This document shows, one piece after another, positions 1 through 13,670 of a DNA stretch of 64,000 nt. The position numbers and the translations under genes are program-made. Origin of the DNA: Haliotis cracherodii. Its lineage: Eukaryota. Location: assembly GCF_022045235.1 (NCBI RefSeq), contig NW_027266341.1, positions 55,614,001 to 55,678,000 of the forward strand, given 5' to 3'. A model generated the notes under the pieces. It saw nothing but the letters and a program-made list of their open reading frames with translations, searched no databases and was not told where the DNA came from. Position 1 is the first letter of the stretch. Each line of letters starts with the position of its first letter.

Positions 1-143
1 CCCTGTTTGTCAGCACCATACCCATGGTTGTTTGTTCACCGAAGCGGTAAGTGTCCAAGGCCTGCATCACTTCGGGCTTTCCTCCCACATTAAGCTGACA
101 CGCCGCGATATGACTGGAATACTGTTCAAAGCGGTGTTCAACC

Positions 144-1273
144 CAGGGGTCCGGAAACCGTCATATGCGCCGGACATGTCCAATTGGGAATCTCAAATGT
201 CCGGTCTAAAATATTGCTTACCGGACATTTAAATTTTTCTGTCCGGACATTCTTAAATTTTGACTGGACATGATCAACAGTTAGGACTGAGCAATTTCTG
301 TCTGCAGTTGTAACACAATGAAGATTATCTACACTGACAAGCTTTGTTTGTTTTGATTGCTGTAAATACATCGTACCTAGAATGATAGTCCAATCGGTCA
401 ATCACTGTAATAGGCAATAAACTGAGCTGACACTGATTAATCGAGGATTTATTACTGAGAACATCTTGTTGATTTGAGTAAAATGTGTTTACAACTGTAC
501 ATAAATACCTTGCATCATCGATGTACCTCATTATCCTCACAATGCTACGATATGTAATCTCAGTCAAGAAGCGAAAGCGTGACGACAGCCAGTCGACCGA
601 TGCAGATCAGTCGAGCGGATCTGCCAAACCCTCAAAGTCTGAATGATCATTTTGTAAGTCGTGACTAACGACTTTCACTTGGTTGACATACAACGAGGAT
701 TTGCAGATTTTATTGTTTTCAGTAGCTAGTCGTATATTGAATCTTGATTGACCGCCATTTTGCTTTCTCGGACGATCGTTATCAAATTTTTTTATGGTCA
801 ATAATTAAGTACAGATGAAAAAGTATTCAAATAACTACTGCTATCAACGATAGTTTAGGATTTATGATTATATTATCTGTCTTGTTTTTAAATAATCTTT
901 AGTTTAAAAAAAACACTTTTCCCGTGAGGTCACGTGATAACCAAATATGGGATAATAGTCTCGATCCAAATGTTACAACGCGTACACTTGAGCAGACTCA
1001 TGAATATTAATAAGACAGTTCACAACGTTGACAGATCGTTATTATAACAGAAACAAACGTATGTTTTCCATATATATCTAAAATGATATTATTTGTTATT
1101 AATTGTCAGGTGAATTAAACAATTTAAATTGAAACAATTCATAATTCATCATATTATGAATACATAACAACTTGTAATTTGTGTGTAAAAAGTCGTACTA
1201 AAACACGCTGTTTGAAGGGGGCGTAGCATAAATGTAAATGTCCGATTGGGATTTTAAATTTTCCGGACCCCTG
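144..1273. mobile_element. Non-autonomous hAT-like element inserted in a SINE tail
   Basis: TIR CAGGGGTCCGGAAA / TTTCCGGACCCCTG; perfect 8-bp TSD GTTCAACC (136-143, 1274-1281); the SINE tail resumes after it. Confidence 0.88.
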
Positions 1274-1506
1274 GTTCAACCCTATTCACACACTCACTCA
1301 TGTAATGACGCCGCGATATAACTGGAATACTGTTAAAAGCGGCGTTAATCCAAACTCACTCACTCACTCATGTAATGTGACTTTAGGATGGTATGGGAAA
1401 AAGCTAAGTATGATATCATTGAAGTCAGATCTTTTTCTCCCATGCTCTACCTCCATGCATGAAGAAATGAGGATACTACCAAAGGATGTTGCTTCATGTT
1501 GTATCT

Positions 1507-1665
1507 GGGGCGGTCGGGTAGCCTTGTGCTTAAAGTGTTCGCTCGTCATGCTGAAGACCCGGGTTCGATTCCCGACATGGGTACATTGTGTGAAGCCCAA
1601 CTCTGGTGTCCCCCTGCCGTGATATTGCTGGAGTATTGGTAAAAGTGGCTTAAAACCAAACTCAA
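1507..1665 (+). mobile_element. SINE family B copy
   Basis: Matches the 61321 copy. Confidence 0.85.
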
Positions 1666-2174
1666 TCATGTCGTGCCGTGTCTGATAAGCCAATCAGCTT
1701 TGAGGCTTCTAAATTTTCAATAAAAGTGAGCAAAACATTCGGATAAGTATATCTGATTTCTGAATATAGCTGGGGACTTCCGACTGCCGAACAAGAGAGC
1801 CTATATTGTTGTGTATGTTCTATTCAGGCAGCTGTTTCTCCTCTTTCATTGCATCTACACTCAAAAGGTCACCATCGAGGGAATATTTGTGTTCTATGTG
1901 GGTTTTAATTTTTATAAATTCACAATTTTCAAATTGAGATGTTAAGGAAATGAAGCCGAATTGTTTTAGAAAGCTGGCATCTGATTGGGTCAAGAACCCA
2001 TGTATCCATTGTCGAAGGTCAAAGTTTGCTGAGGGTCCATCTTTTGTGATGAGATGGAGATGTACTCAGATTTGATGGATTAAGGTATCGGAGTAAAAGA
2101 TCTGATTTTTATGAGATTGCCATCCCACTTGCCCTCCCACTCACTGACATTGATTGATATGTTGGTTGTTGCAG

Positions 2175-2297
2175 GTGGACACAACGCTTCAGGTGATGAT
2201 GAACGAGAACAGTATGGATTACGTGAGCAAGTTCGAGTCTCTGGCAGCACACATCGCAGGTTCAACACTACCAAGACATAGAGACGCCAAGCACTGA
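2175..2297 (+). CDS. Probable terminal coding exon of an upstream plus-strand gene (VDTTLQVMMNENSMDYVSKFESLAAHIAGSTLPRHRDAKH*)
   Basis: ttgttgcag| acceptor and GC3-rich codons in an AT-rich background, ending in TGA. Family not recognised; a second frame is also open to 2281. Confidence 0.45.
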   Translation: MDTTLQVMMNENSMDYVSKFESLAAHIAGSTLPRHRDAKH

Positions 2298-2842
2298 TCT
2301 GTGTTAATGCATGGAGATTCTACCACACTACCAGGACAAGAGCCTTGTTGCATGACTCGTACTTCTGTCTCCAGAAGCATACATTCAAGTTCTACATTAC
2401 CACAATCTAGTGACACACCGATCACAAGTCATGATGATTTTAAAACCAAACACTGAAGAGCTAGTCAATCCATTGCTGTACTGATCACAGAGTCCGAAGC
2501 AGTATTGTAATTGCCTCTACCCCTCCACCATCCAGTACTCGCTGGAGGTCAGATCATGCCCCAAGTCACCGACGCCCATCTAGGAGTTGAGCGGGATTCA
2601 CGAGTTCCAGCACATCTCACCAGATGGTTAAACTAGTGGAGCTTATTGCATCAAGTGGATATAGTTTGTGATCTTTGAAATGTATGCTGGTACTGTAATT
2701 AGGAGTCTTACGGTTTTAGTTCCGAGATGCAGATCATACACTTCTTGCTTACTTATGAAAGCTAATTTAAAGTAGACAAATTATTTTAATAGCATTGATA
2801 ACCTCCGATTACCGATGTTATGTATACTTTTCTATAAATAAT

Positions 2843-3065
2843 ATAATAATAATAATAGGCTATTTATATTGCGCTTATTTCCACATCACTAAGGGGCATG
2901 CTCAATGCGCTATTATTACCCCAGTCACTGGATTAGTGTACACTCAAGAATCATTCTCAGCTCCCTTTTAGGCGCCAGAAGGTTAACCAACCACATCTCA
3001 TCCTACCGGGTACCCATTCACTGCTGGGTGAACAGAGGCACATTTCGAACAAAGTCACCTGCCTG
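2843..3065 (-). mobile_element. CORE-type SINE fragment with (TAT)n tail; related fragment 49870-50020(+)
   Basis: Minus strand GCCTCTGTTCACCCAGCAGTGAATGGGTACC (CORE-like), and tail AGCGCATTGAGCATG...ATAAGCGCAATATAAATAGCCTATTATTATT. Confidence 0.6.
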
Positions 3066-3091
3066 ATTTTTGCATGTTGTTCCAGTTAATC

Positions 3092-3225
3092 TGTCATGCC
3101 ATGGCAGATTAACTTTAGTAATATGAAAGAATCGTGTGTCATGCCATGGCAGATTAACTATAGTAATATGAAAGAATCGTGTGTCATGCCATGCCAGATT
3201 AAGTATAGTAATATGAAAAAATCAG
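3092..3225. repeat. 45-bp tandem repeat x3
   Basis: TGTCATGCCATG at 3092, 3137 and 3182. Confidence 0.9.
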
Positions 3226-4190
3226 AGGTTCCTTGACTTTCTTTTAGAGCTGTGTTTTAAGGAGAAAAGAAATATAAGATACAGGTTCTTATGCAAAGAC
3301 TGACGTGGGGCCGGTATTGAGGAGCATTGATGTAATAAGAGGAATCTAGAGGATTGCTCAGTCTCTGATGCACAGGTTATGGGGTGATTCTACTGACAAG
3401 AGAATCAGTATTTATGTGTCAGTATCAGTGGTGTCTGAATGCCTCACACAGCTGTGTTTGTGGTAGTGTTAGAGCTTGAGAGAACTCCAGGAGATTGTCT
3501 GATTCAGCCATATGATCAATGTCCTTCGTCACCATCGATTTAGGATGCCTTCAAATGATATCATTACAAAGTATTCATGGATCTTTTGCCAGTGATAAGA
3601 ACGAGAAATCCTGATGTTAGGGCTGGCTACTGATATGGATCATAGAAATTGATAATCGTTAATAAAATATCGATCCACTATCAATAGATATCGGAGAAGT
3701 AACTTTGAACGAATATGCAAAAAAGCCTGAAAGAAATCAACATATTTCACGTCACTGATGAATTGTGACACATTTATGCATGGACTACTTTGTGGACATT
3801 TAAGAGATAACAAAAACAGTTGCTTTCCGTCTTTGGCAATTGACATGATTGACAAAATGAAGTCTTTTTTGGTAAATTTAAACTTTATTTCATCACTAAT
3901 TTATGCAAGATATTATTGATAACACAATTTTTATGCTGATAATTGTTAATATTTCTTCTGATTATCGATCTTTTAAGCCAACCTTACCTGACACGATGTT
4001 GTTGCTTTCTCTGCAGAGATTCTTCCGGCTATTTCACTGCTGTTGTTCTCCATCCCAACCTTAGGCTATGAAACAATTATTTTTTATTCTTAAGGCCTTC
4101 ATCATCAGTCGAACAACCTTGCTGGACAGTATACTTCTACTTAAAGGGGAAAAAAGATCTTTCTGATCCAAGATATCCCACTAACTTTAG

Positions 4191-4462
4191 GGGGCACGGG
4201 CGGCCCAGTCGTCTAAGGCGCCGCGATTCGCTGTGCAGAGTTGCGTCCCTTGGGCACGCCAGAAACCTATGATTGTGGGTTCGAATCCCGGTTCGCCCCG
4301 ATTATGTTTCTAGGTTTGTTAGCACCATAGCCGTGCTCGTGTGTTTCACCGAAGTGGTAAACGTCTGAGACCTGCATCACTTCGGGCTTTCCTCCCACAT
4401 TAAGCTGACACGCTGTGATATAACTGGAATACTGTTTAAAGCGGCGTTAAACCCAACTCACT
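4191..4462 (+). mobile_element. SINE family A (~265 bp, tRNA-Leu/Ser-like head, (TCAC)n tail)
   Basis: A-box GGCCCAGTCGTCTAAGG and B-box GGTTCGAATCC. Other copies: 1-143(+), 10682-10945(+), 11731-12013(+), 12969-13234(+), 37482-37563(-), 40369-40647(-), 46575-46835(-), 50561-50835(-), 52303-52583(-), 62620-62832(+), 62847-63121(+). Confidence 0.9.
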
Positions 4463-7164
4463 AACGGTAACAAAAAAGCCCTACAGCACTCATACCAAGT
4501 ATGGTATGCAATGGAGAAAGCCTTGTTTCTGTTGATTTCAGAACTAGAATCAATGATCCCATTTAGGGACCGTTGATTCTTCTTTTCTCGAATCAACAGA
4601 TTTGAGTGATTTAAATGTTATGGTTGATGTATAATTTCTCTTTCGTTTTGCATATTGACCTGTAGCTGTGTCAGTTTTACTTGTTAAAATGCACATTCAA
4701 AAGGGCCATGGACCACCAAATTTAATGTAATTGTAAACATCGGAATCACTGCATTCTTTCATTGGTCTTTCCCTCTTAAAAATAAGTTACTATTTTGAGT
4801 AAAAATACCTCATACATGGCTTATGGGAATAAATTAAGGATGGGATGGGTAACTCGGGTGCTCGGGCCAGGTGGGTCCTGAGTGGGACCCTGGTACCCAC
4901 AGGACTACCTGGACCCCAGGTTAGTCACGTGATATATTGTTCGATGACAAAAATTATCTAAAACTCTATGGTTACACTATAAGTCACTAATGTTCCCATT
5001 TCTTTCTAACAATGCACCCATTCCTTCTGACTATTATATGTTTGAATAAAGATAAAACTCCATGCAGTAAACTTCAGTGTATGCATGACCAGATCATTTT
5101 ACACGTGTATCTAAATACATTTTGCCAGGGCTACGGTCAAACTTTTCCAAATCGGACAGTTTGTACCTATCTCTCAATATCTACAGTGGATACCCCGGTA
5201 GGGTCGGGTAATAGGGTGGCGGGTACCCGGATAGTAAATTTTGACTCGTCCCAGCTTAGAAGAAATAACACAATTCCAAGAACTATGATTATGATGCTTT
5301 TGTCTGACTGATTTGCTTTTTCAGTGAAGGCGGGCTTATGAAGTTTTTAAAATGTTGTCATGGTTGAGTTGAGGCCAATTCCTTTTTTGTGAAATGAAAT
5401 ACAGTACAAGCTCATTTGTTAACAAAAATCTGAATTCATTTAAGAAAAACAAAACATGTTTCAGGAAGACCTGTGAAATTTGTTATGCTTCATCAATGAA
5501 AGGGCAATAATTTCATATCTGATTTTAAAACTCCGACATTGACAAGATCATTTCTTGTGTGTCTAGATATCTTTGAAATTGGTACTGTTATGTAATACCA
5601 TTCAAGAACAAGAGTGTCTAGCTTATAAGCCCTCCTGATTCCGGAAGACACTGTGGCATTATTACATTACATTGTTCTATTTTTGTGCTTTAATACACAT
5701 TTTTGATATCAAACAAACATAACAGGTCACCTGGTTGCACATTTTAAGCTCATTTCCTAAGAATCAACTGTTTTTATTTATCAGCTTTGCTTGTGGTTGA
5801 TAGATATATTATGTTTTTACTTTTTATGTTCTCTGAGAATTTTTAAACACCCAGACCGATAAAGATGTTAAGTATAGAACTGCGTGATGTAGCCTCATCA
5901 TAATGGTATACCATCTATTTATCAACTGGTAGTCATGAGAAACAGCAGGTTGGAATGGGTGTTAAAGTTTTCCAAATTTTTATCAAGACAATTAAGGGTA
6001 AACGGTGTGGACGTGTCACCGCCGTCATACAGCTGGAATATTGCTGAGTCTGGCATTAAACAACAAAGAAACAAACAAATCATGGATTGTGTCCCACACA
6101 TGACACGTTTTAGAGCAAGATTACTTATCATCAGTGGTTGAGATTTTCAGGGGCCCCTGGTCATTGAATGCTAGAAACAGAATGATCTTCATTTCTCTTT
6201 GTTTCTGAAAGCTGGCCCATGTGGAGTCAGTCCACGAACTGCAGTCTTTAGGTGTTGAGTTTGGATTTTAGAAATGAAGACCTTAACACTTTATGCTTGT
6301 CGTAAAAGGCGACTAATGGGATCAGGTGGTCAGGCTCGCTAACTTGGTTGATGCATGTCATCGTATCCCAATTGCATGGATCGATGCTCATGATGTCAAT
6401 CACTGGATTGTCTGGTTCATACTCGTCTATTTACAGACCGCCGCCATTTAGCTGGAATATTGCTGAGTGCGGCGTTAAACAACAAACAACCAAACATTTT
6501 ATGAATGATTTTGACTTAGCATAAGCAACCAGAAGGTAGTGATATTTTCTTGATAGCTTAACAGAACCAACTTAGTGGAATAACATGCCATGAACTTGTG
6601 AGTCTTGTTAGACTGGAGTGACAGTATTGGTGCTTGAAGAAGCTGGTGTACTGTACAGTATATGTATAATTATGATGATGTGGTATATATATATATATAT
6701 ATATACATGCATGTATATATATTATGGTTTGTCAGTTCTGAGGGCATCACACTGATGTTGAAATCCATGAGTTTCCTGTCAATGATGTATTGTAGACAAT
6801 GTGAGTGTGATATATATATTGTAGTTAAGTTAATTTTCATGAATTGTTCACTAGAGTGTTCATGTTTGTAAATATGGAACGTTTGTACAAAATACATGTT
6901 ACAATACGAAGGGATTGCAACCTGCTGTAGTTGGCGGTGAGATCTTGATGTCGCTTGCAGACATATCCCTAACATGCTTTACCTGCTTACTCCAAGCTGC
7001 ACATTAGATGTCCACTTCACGGTGCTAGGTCGAGATAGTCATCCTCATCCTCAATATCAACGTAGCAGTTGCGGTCAGTTCATGGTAAAGACGTCATATG
7101 TAGCTCATCACATTGGGCGTGTTAGGCAGGACTTCAGAAGTTCAATGTGGACTAAAAAGGCTTA

Positions 7165-7492
7165 CCGTATTCGACATAATAAGCGCCCAGGGCGCTCTCA
7201 AAATTAGAAATAGGGGGCTCTTATTTGAATATTATTTTGGTGGAAAAAAACCGAGTTGAAAATTAAATTTCGTGGTTTATGCTGACAGCCTGAAATGTTT
7301 ATATACGACAGATATATTTTTCAAGAATTTAATTTCCCATGATTAAGGGTGTGTATAACACATGAGTGCGTATGATACGCGAATAAATAAGTCTTAGGTA
7401 CATTGATCAATCGGAAGGGGTGCTAATTTGGATTGTTCAGTAGCCAACATATTAGCAAATATCGCCGTCGGTGCTTATTACGTCAAATACGG
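7165..7492. mobile_element. Tc1/pogo-type MITE
   Basis: TA|CCGTATTCGACATAATAAGCGCC ... GGTGCTTATTACGTCAAATACGG|TA. Confidence 0.75.
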
Positions 7493-8255
7493 TACATTTT
7501 TTATGGGTGGGCTCAGGTGAAGTGATAAATCTGTAAGTTTTCCTTTCGATAAATTAACTTTTTATGGATTACAGTTCAAGTCAGTAGATGATAGCTCATA
7601 TTACTCTGAAGTTAAAATGATATCCCCACTGCAGTTGAGTGAGAAAGTAGTCAATTTGACATCCTCAAAACACCCTGCCACACTATCATTAATACATGGT
7701 GGAGTTAGATTTGTATGACTGAAGAACTTCATGAGTGTCATTTTAACAGTAATTTTGTATGGATGTGTGTGTATATTGTGGGGTGTGTGTGTATTGTGAG
7801 GGGTGTGTGTGTGTTGGCGGGGGGGGGGGGGGGGGGGGGGGGGGGGGTACAGAGATGTCTTAAAATTGGGTCGTCTTTTGTCCAACATGAGACTTTGTAC
7901 CATGAAAGGCTTTGCCCTAGGCTTTGTATGTTTGTTTTGTCTTCATCATCACTACAAGCCATCTCAGAGCCATCCTATTACGCAGCATACACATGGTGAT
8001 TGTGTTTAAAGCCAGTATTGATGTTACCTTGCCAACCAGACTTGTCTGTCACCTTACTCTGCTCTTTTGCAGTTCAATATGCACGTCATGGCACAACATG
8101 TAAACCTGCATGCTACATGTTGCACTGTGTATATTTACATCAGTGTCTGTATCCAAGCATTAACACCGCATCACACAGTATTTATGCTATATTGCAATGT
8201 GTAAGTCTTCCCTGCATGGAGTGTGAACATACACATGCTATATTACAGTGTTATG

Positions 8256-9184
8256 CAGGGTGCAATTTTTTTTCTTCTCTGCAGTTGATAAACTAGCTGT
8301 ACCACATACTATACTGGAGAATTAAGACAAAAAGACATTTCAGACAATGTTAGTTTACTCATTAGTGACATACTTTTTTAATATTACACTGAGCAGTGAC
8401 TGTCCTAGGACATATACATTTACACTTCAAATTTACTGTAATCAGGGGAAGATTTAATTGCTAGCCCGTTGGCCCATGGCCACTTACAATTATAAAAGGC
8501 TTGCTGAATCAAGAGTAGATGGCCCGTCTGGCTAGTCAAAATTTCACTTCTTCTCTGTGTATGCTATTTTTTTAAATGGAAACTAGGGAATTTTTTATGT
8601 GAAATATTTAGGGGGGATAAAGTCTTGTGAATGGTTAACACACAGATCATCTTGGTAGAATGACACAACCGACGTCCATTTTGTAATGTTCTGTAAAATA
8701 ACATCTTTATTTTGTCATAAATTGCCACAGATGAGGCAAAAGGAAGCCAAGATTTAATCTCAGATTGCAGGAAATGACGTTTTAGGGGTGAGGAGTTCTG
8801 AACATTTCAGAGCCACACAAGTAACTCAACAGTGGCCTCCAACATTTAGTTTTGGACCATTTGGTTTGGAGAAGTGCCAGTAACTTTTGAAAGAAGCAAG
8901 CCATGCTGGCTACATCGTATTTGTTGTTAAATCTACCCCTGCTGTAAAACATAATAATGTCCTTATGACTACCATGTTACAATAAAAACATATTTTTAGC
9001 CGACATGTATAAAGTGAAGATTGTCGATCTCTTCAAAAATGAAAGTTAATATATTTGCATTCGTACATGGTATCAATTTGAAGTAAGTATATATTATATA
9101 TACTCATATATTTTACTGATAGCAGTCTTATAAAACTGGGCTGCTCAAGCCAATTTTGTCTTGTCAATGAAAAATCGCACCCTG
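8256..9184. mobile_element. Old nested hAT-like MITEs (outer 8256-9184, inner 8443-8941)
   Basis: Outer CAGGGTGCAATTTTT/AAAAATCGCACCCTG; inner CAGGGGAAGATTTAA/TTAAATCTACCCCTG; TSDs degraded. Confidence 0.5.
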
Positions 9185-9417
9185 TACCCTGGAGTGTGTA
9201 GGTGTGTCATATTGCAGTGTTGAAGCTTGTACATTGCATAGTATTAAAGCTCATTCACCATATTGCATAGTGTATGCACACATACTATAATGGACAGTGT
9301 TGAGGCCTATGTTGCCTGGTGTGAAAGGATCTATACACCATTGAACACTCAAATTTGTACTATATTACAGCGTGGATGCACCAATGCAGAGTTTCACATA
9401 CCAAATGTTGCAAATTG

Positions 9418-9862
9418 TGTATGCATATACATCATTTTGTGTAGTGTATATGTACATGTATATACTGGATGGTGTTAGCATATGCATATTGCATACCTAG
9501 TATGCAGATACACCTCATTTTGCTTAGTGTATATGTACATGTATATACTGGATGGTGTTAGCATATGCATATAGCATACCTAGTATGCAGATACACCTCA
9601 TTTTGCATAGTGTATATGTACATGTATATACTGGATGGTGTTAGCATATGCATATAGCATACCTAGTATGCAGATACACCTCATTTTGCATAGTGTATAT
9701 GTACATGTATATACTGGATGGTGTTAGCATATGCATATTGCATACCTAGTATGCAGATACACCTCATTTTGCATAGTGTATATGTACATGTATATACTGG
9801 ATGGTGTTAGCATATGCATATAGCATACCTGGTATGCAGATACACCTCATTTTGCATAGTGT
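9418..9862. repeat. 83-bp tandem repeat, ~5.3 copies
   Basis: GTATATGTACATG recurs at 9446, 9529, 9612, 9695 and 9778. Confidence 0.95.
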
Positions 9863-10681
9863 GTAAGTGTATGTATAAACTGTGGCTTGGCATGAGCTTA
9901 TGCTGTTATATATTGCATTTCTGGTATGCATGAAAACCACTGCATAGTGTGGAAGGAAGCATGTAGTACATATTGCACTGTGAGCATACACATCAAAGAT
10001 GCCATCTCAAACTTGTCACAATATTGACCAGTGTATTACTCCAGCATAACTACCAGTATTTTTGCCTCCATGTTGTGTATGACTGCACATTATTCAAGGA
10101 CAAGAGGAACATAAGGCCATTATATTATTATTTGTTGGATCACAGATTTTTCCTGCCAATAAAACACAAATCATGGCCATCACACAATCAAGGATTTTTT
10201 TATTTTTAAACTGTCAGTGTGCACAATGTTGGCTTATCTCCCTAACCTATTGGTGTAAATTTAGGCTAGGCTATTGAGGACAAGGGACAGATTTTTACTT
10301 TTTTTATGTAATTCTAAAAACTGCCAAGAATTGTAGAATATTTGTGCATGGGTGGGGAATATTGGAGTTTAGTTTTTCATTCATGTAGGAATAGGGCTGG
10401 TGGATCCTTGATTGAACAAATTAAAAGAAATCTTGGCCTAACATTTGAGATGTAAGGCCTCAATAGTTCTCCAGTGCCACATTCTTGTCTTAAAGTAGGG
10501 CTGAAATTGGTCATGGGGCGGCAGCAATGGCAGAGAAGTATGGAGAGAACAGAGGAGACGGGATGGCCATGGGTAGTTGTTCACACTATTAACCACTGGT
10601 TTGTCACTTCTAAGTTGTATTACTTGGTTGCCGTCACATGGGGCCCACCGACATTAACCCACTTCATGCATTATCTTATCA

Positions 10682-10945
10682 GGGGCACGTGTGGCCCAGT
10701 CGTCTAAGGCGCCGCGATTCGCTGTGCAGAGTGGCGTCCTTTGGGCACGCCAGTAACCTATGATTGTGGGTTTGAATCCATGTTCGCCCCAATTATGTTT
10801 CTAGGTTTGTCAGCACCATACCCGTGCTCGTGGGTTTCACCGAAGTGGTAAATGGCTGGGACCTGCATCACTTCGGGTTTTCCTCCCACATTAAGCTGAT
10901 ATAACTGGAATACTGTTAAAAGCGGCGTTAAGCCCAACTCACTCA
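10682..10945 (+). mobile_element. SINE family A copy
   Basis: Full length; TSD cattatcttatca. Confidence 0.9.
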
Positions 10946-11730
10946 TTATCTTATCACAGATTATTTTATGGAAGTCAATTTAGGAAAAAGGGAAGTGAAT
11001 AATTCATATGTGAAAGGTGATGATGGTGATTATTCAAGATTTTTAGTTCTATTACAAATTTTATGGATGTTTTATTTGTGTTTTTGTCTCCCAAATTTAC
11101 ATTGCTTCCGATAAACATCTCAATTGTGACAACAGTATGTGTGTGGTCTTGTAGCTTATATTTCTGTTTTGTAAAACAGATGGTCACCTCATCTTCAACT
11201 AAATTGTAATGTTCTCATAAAACTTCACGGCAGCTTGAACAGGTAATGAAGAAGTCTTTGTAGTATTATTTCACGGCTTTGTCAGGCCGGAACTTAAACA
11301 GTGTATTTGTTTTAATCCTGCCAAAAGTTAGTACCGAAAACAGAAGTGTCATGACACTCCCTCCATCTTAGCATATATTGGCTGACTTTGTGACTATAAT
11401 TATTTTGTATGAAATCACAGCAAATATTTTAAAAAGTTGTTTAAATATGAGACTATGATCACCATTCAATTGGCCAATCTAATGTGTACTGATGGAAACG
11501 AATAAGGGAACAATGAAAAAAATGGGGAAATAAGCTTTACTATCATTACATTTGAAATTAACATACAAATTCAACATTTGTCAGTATTCAAATGTTAAGA
11601 TGTGTTTGTGCGCATTGTTTCCAGTGTGTATTTGGAAGACAAGGTTGGGAAGCAATAGCATATCATTTCACTGTGTCTAAAACTAAGTGTTACCTTATTC
11701 ATTTCCATCAGTATATCATACAAGGTGAGG

Positions 11731-12013
11731 GGGGGCACGGGTGGCCCAGTCGCCTAAGGCGCCGCGATTCGCTGTGCAGAGTTGCGTCCCTTGGGCACGC
11801 CAGAAACCTATGATTGTGGGTTCGAATCCTGGTTCGCCCCGATTATGTTTCTAGGTTTGTCAGCACCATACCCGTGCTTGTGGATTTCACTGAAGTGGTA
11901 AATGTCTGAGACCTGCATCACTTTGGGCTTTCCTCCCACATTAAGCTGACACGCAGCGATATGACTGGAATACTGTTAAAAGCAGCGTTAAACCCAACTC
12001 ACTCACTCACTCA
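11731..12013 (+). mobile_element. SINE family A copy
   Basis: Full length; flanking direct repeat tcatacaagg. Confidence 0.9.
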
Positions 12014-12968
12014 TACAAGGCAAAGATTGGTAACCATATACCTACAATTAATGGACTGAACCTACATCTGTTGTGCTTGACATGTATATTTTGCCGTTTA
12101 AATCTGCCGGGGTCCACTTGCACAAAGTGATCTTAGCACTAAGACTCAAGTCAATAGGAGCTACTATGTTGATAGGGCTTAGACAGCTTTGTGCTATTAG
12201 GCCCTGGTGCTGACTTTTACTTCCAGTATTGGAGGACTTAGCACTTCTTATTCAGGGCAGTATTTTACTTTTGTTAAGCCAGACTTGGGAGGTTGTGGAT
12301 GAAAAGTGAGACTGGATTTGTTGTTAGTTGGCTGTGGTGACCATGCATGGCTTTAAAATAATCCTTCAACAATTTGGTCAGGGCCTTAAACAAAGAATTC
12401 AAGGTCATTTTATTGTGTCAATGAGTTTGTTTGGTTCATAAGTTCCTAACAAAATAGCAACCTAATAATTCTGTGCTCCAGGACATTGTAAAGTGTCCTG
12501 AAGAGATAAAAGTTAATGATTTTTCAGATTTTTAAAGCTGAGCCCATCTCAGATTTCACAGCCTAAGTTTGTTTGTTTTGCTCAAGACATGAGGTTGTGT
12601 GGGCTTGACCTCCGAGTGTGAACTCACACTGAATGTACATATGGACATCTTGCATACAGGTATAGTCAAATTTTCAATACAATAAGCATATTTTGCTGTG
12701 ATCTTTGTTTATAGAAAAAAATAAAATCTTTATTTCAGTGTCTTGTTTTGTCATTCTTGGAGTGAGTGAGGGACTTTGGTCAGTATTTCGGTTGTATTTC
12801 CATTTCAGCTGTTATGTGCTGTGGGGCTTAGTATTAATCATAGAGCACTTCACAATGTGGATAGCATATGCCTTGATCTTGAATCCATAGTACTGACAAA
12901 TGTCATGGTGGAATACACAAGATGAAGTAACACACAATTAATTAAGTGGGGTAACTTGTGATTTGAAG

Positions 12969-13234
12969 TGGCGGACCAGTTGTCTAAGGCGCAGCGATTC
13001 GCTGTGCAGAGTTTTGTCGATTGGACACGCCAGAAACCTATGATTGTGGGTTTGAATCCCGGTTCGCCCCGATTATGTTTCTAGGTTTGTCAGCACCAAA
13101 CCGTGCTCGTGGGTTTCACCCACGTGGTAAACGTCTGAGACCTACATCACTTCGGGCGTTCCTCCCACATTAAGCAGACACACCGTGACATAGGAATACT
13201 GTTAAAAGCAGCGTTAAACCCAACTCACTCACTC
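12969..13234 (+). mobile_element. SINE family A copy
   Basis: TSD gtgatttgaagt. Confidence 0.88.
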
Positions 13235-13309
13235 GTGATTTGAAGTAACAAAGATTGAAAACATTTACTGCTTTAATGAAATCTAGGACTAGGTTTTTAC
13301 AGTCCCAAG

Positions 13310-13670
13310 TACAAGGGGTGGCTGAAAAGTTCTGAGCGTAACTGCGTTCAATGAGTTATTGATAATTAATATTTAACATAATCCACTCCAATGTCCACAG
13401 AATTCTGTCAATGGTTATGGAATGCCTGGATCCTACTGGTGCAGCAGGTCTCCTGGTAGTGTTAAAAGTTAACAGCAGAAATGATATCATTTACGAAATG
13501 TTTGCCTGACAGTTCTTCCTTCAAGTTGAGAAGAGGTGGAAATCTGACCGTGCCAAATCTGGTGAATACGGAGGGTGTTCAATAGGTTTGAAACTAGTCA
13601 TGCTTAAGCAGCCATGGTGAAAACAAACAACGCACAGGTGCGTTGTCCTGAAGAAACACCACATTCAGAG
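13310..13670 (-). pseudogene. Mariner (DD34D) transposase C-terminal fossil with right TIR
   Basis: Minus-strand fragments LQDNAPV, IEHPPYSPDLARSDFHLF, KEELSGKHF and GIQAFHNH*QNSVDIGVDYV, with frameshifts and stops. TA-CAAGGGGTGGCTGAAAAGTT end. Confidence 0.85.

Noticed and set aside
7601-8009. Poly-Pro / poly-Gly ORFs
   Set aside because: They arise from a G homopolymer (~7820-7847) and GT repeats.
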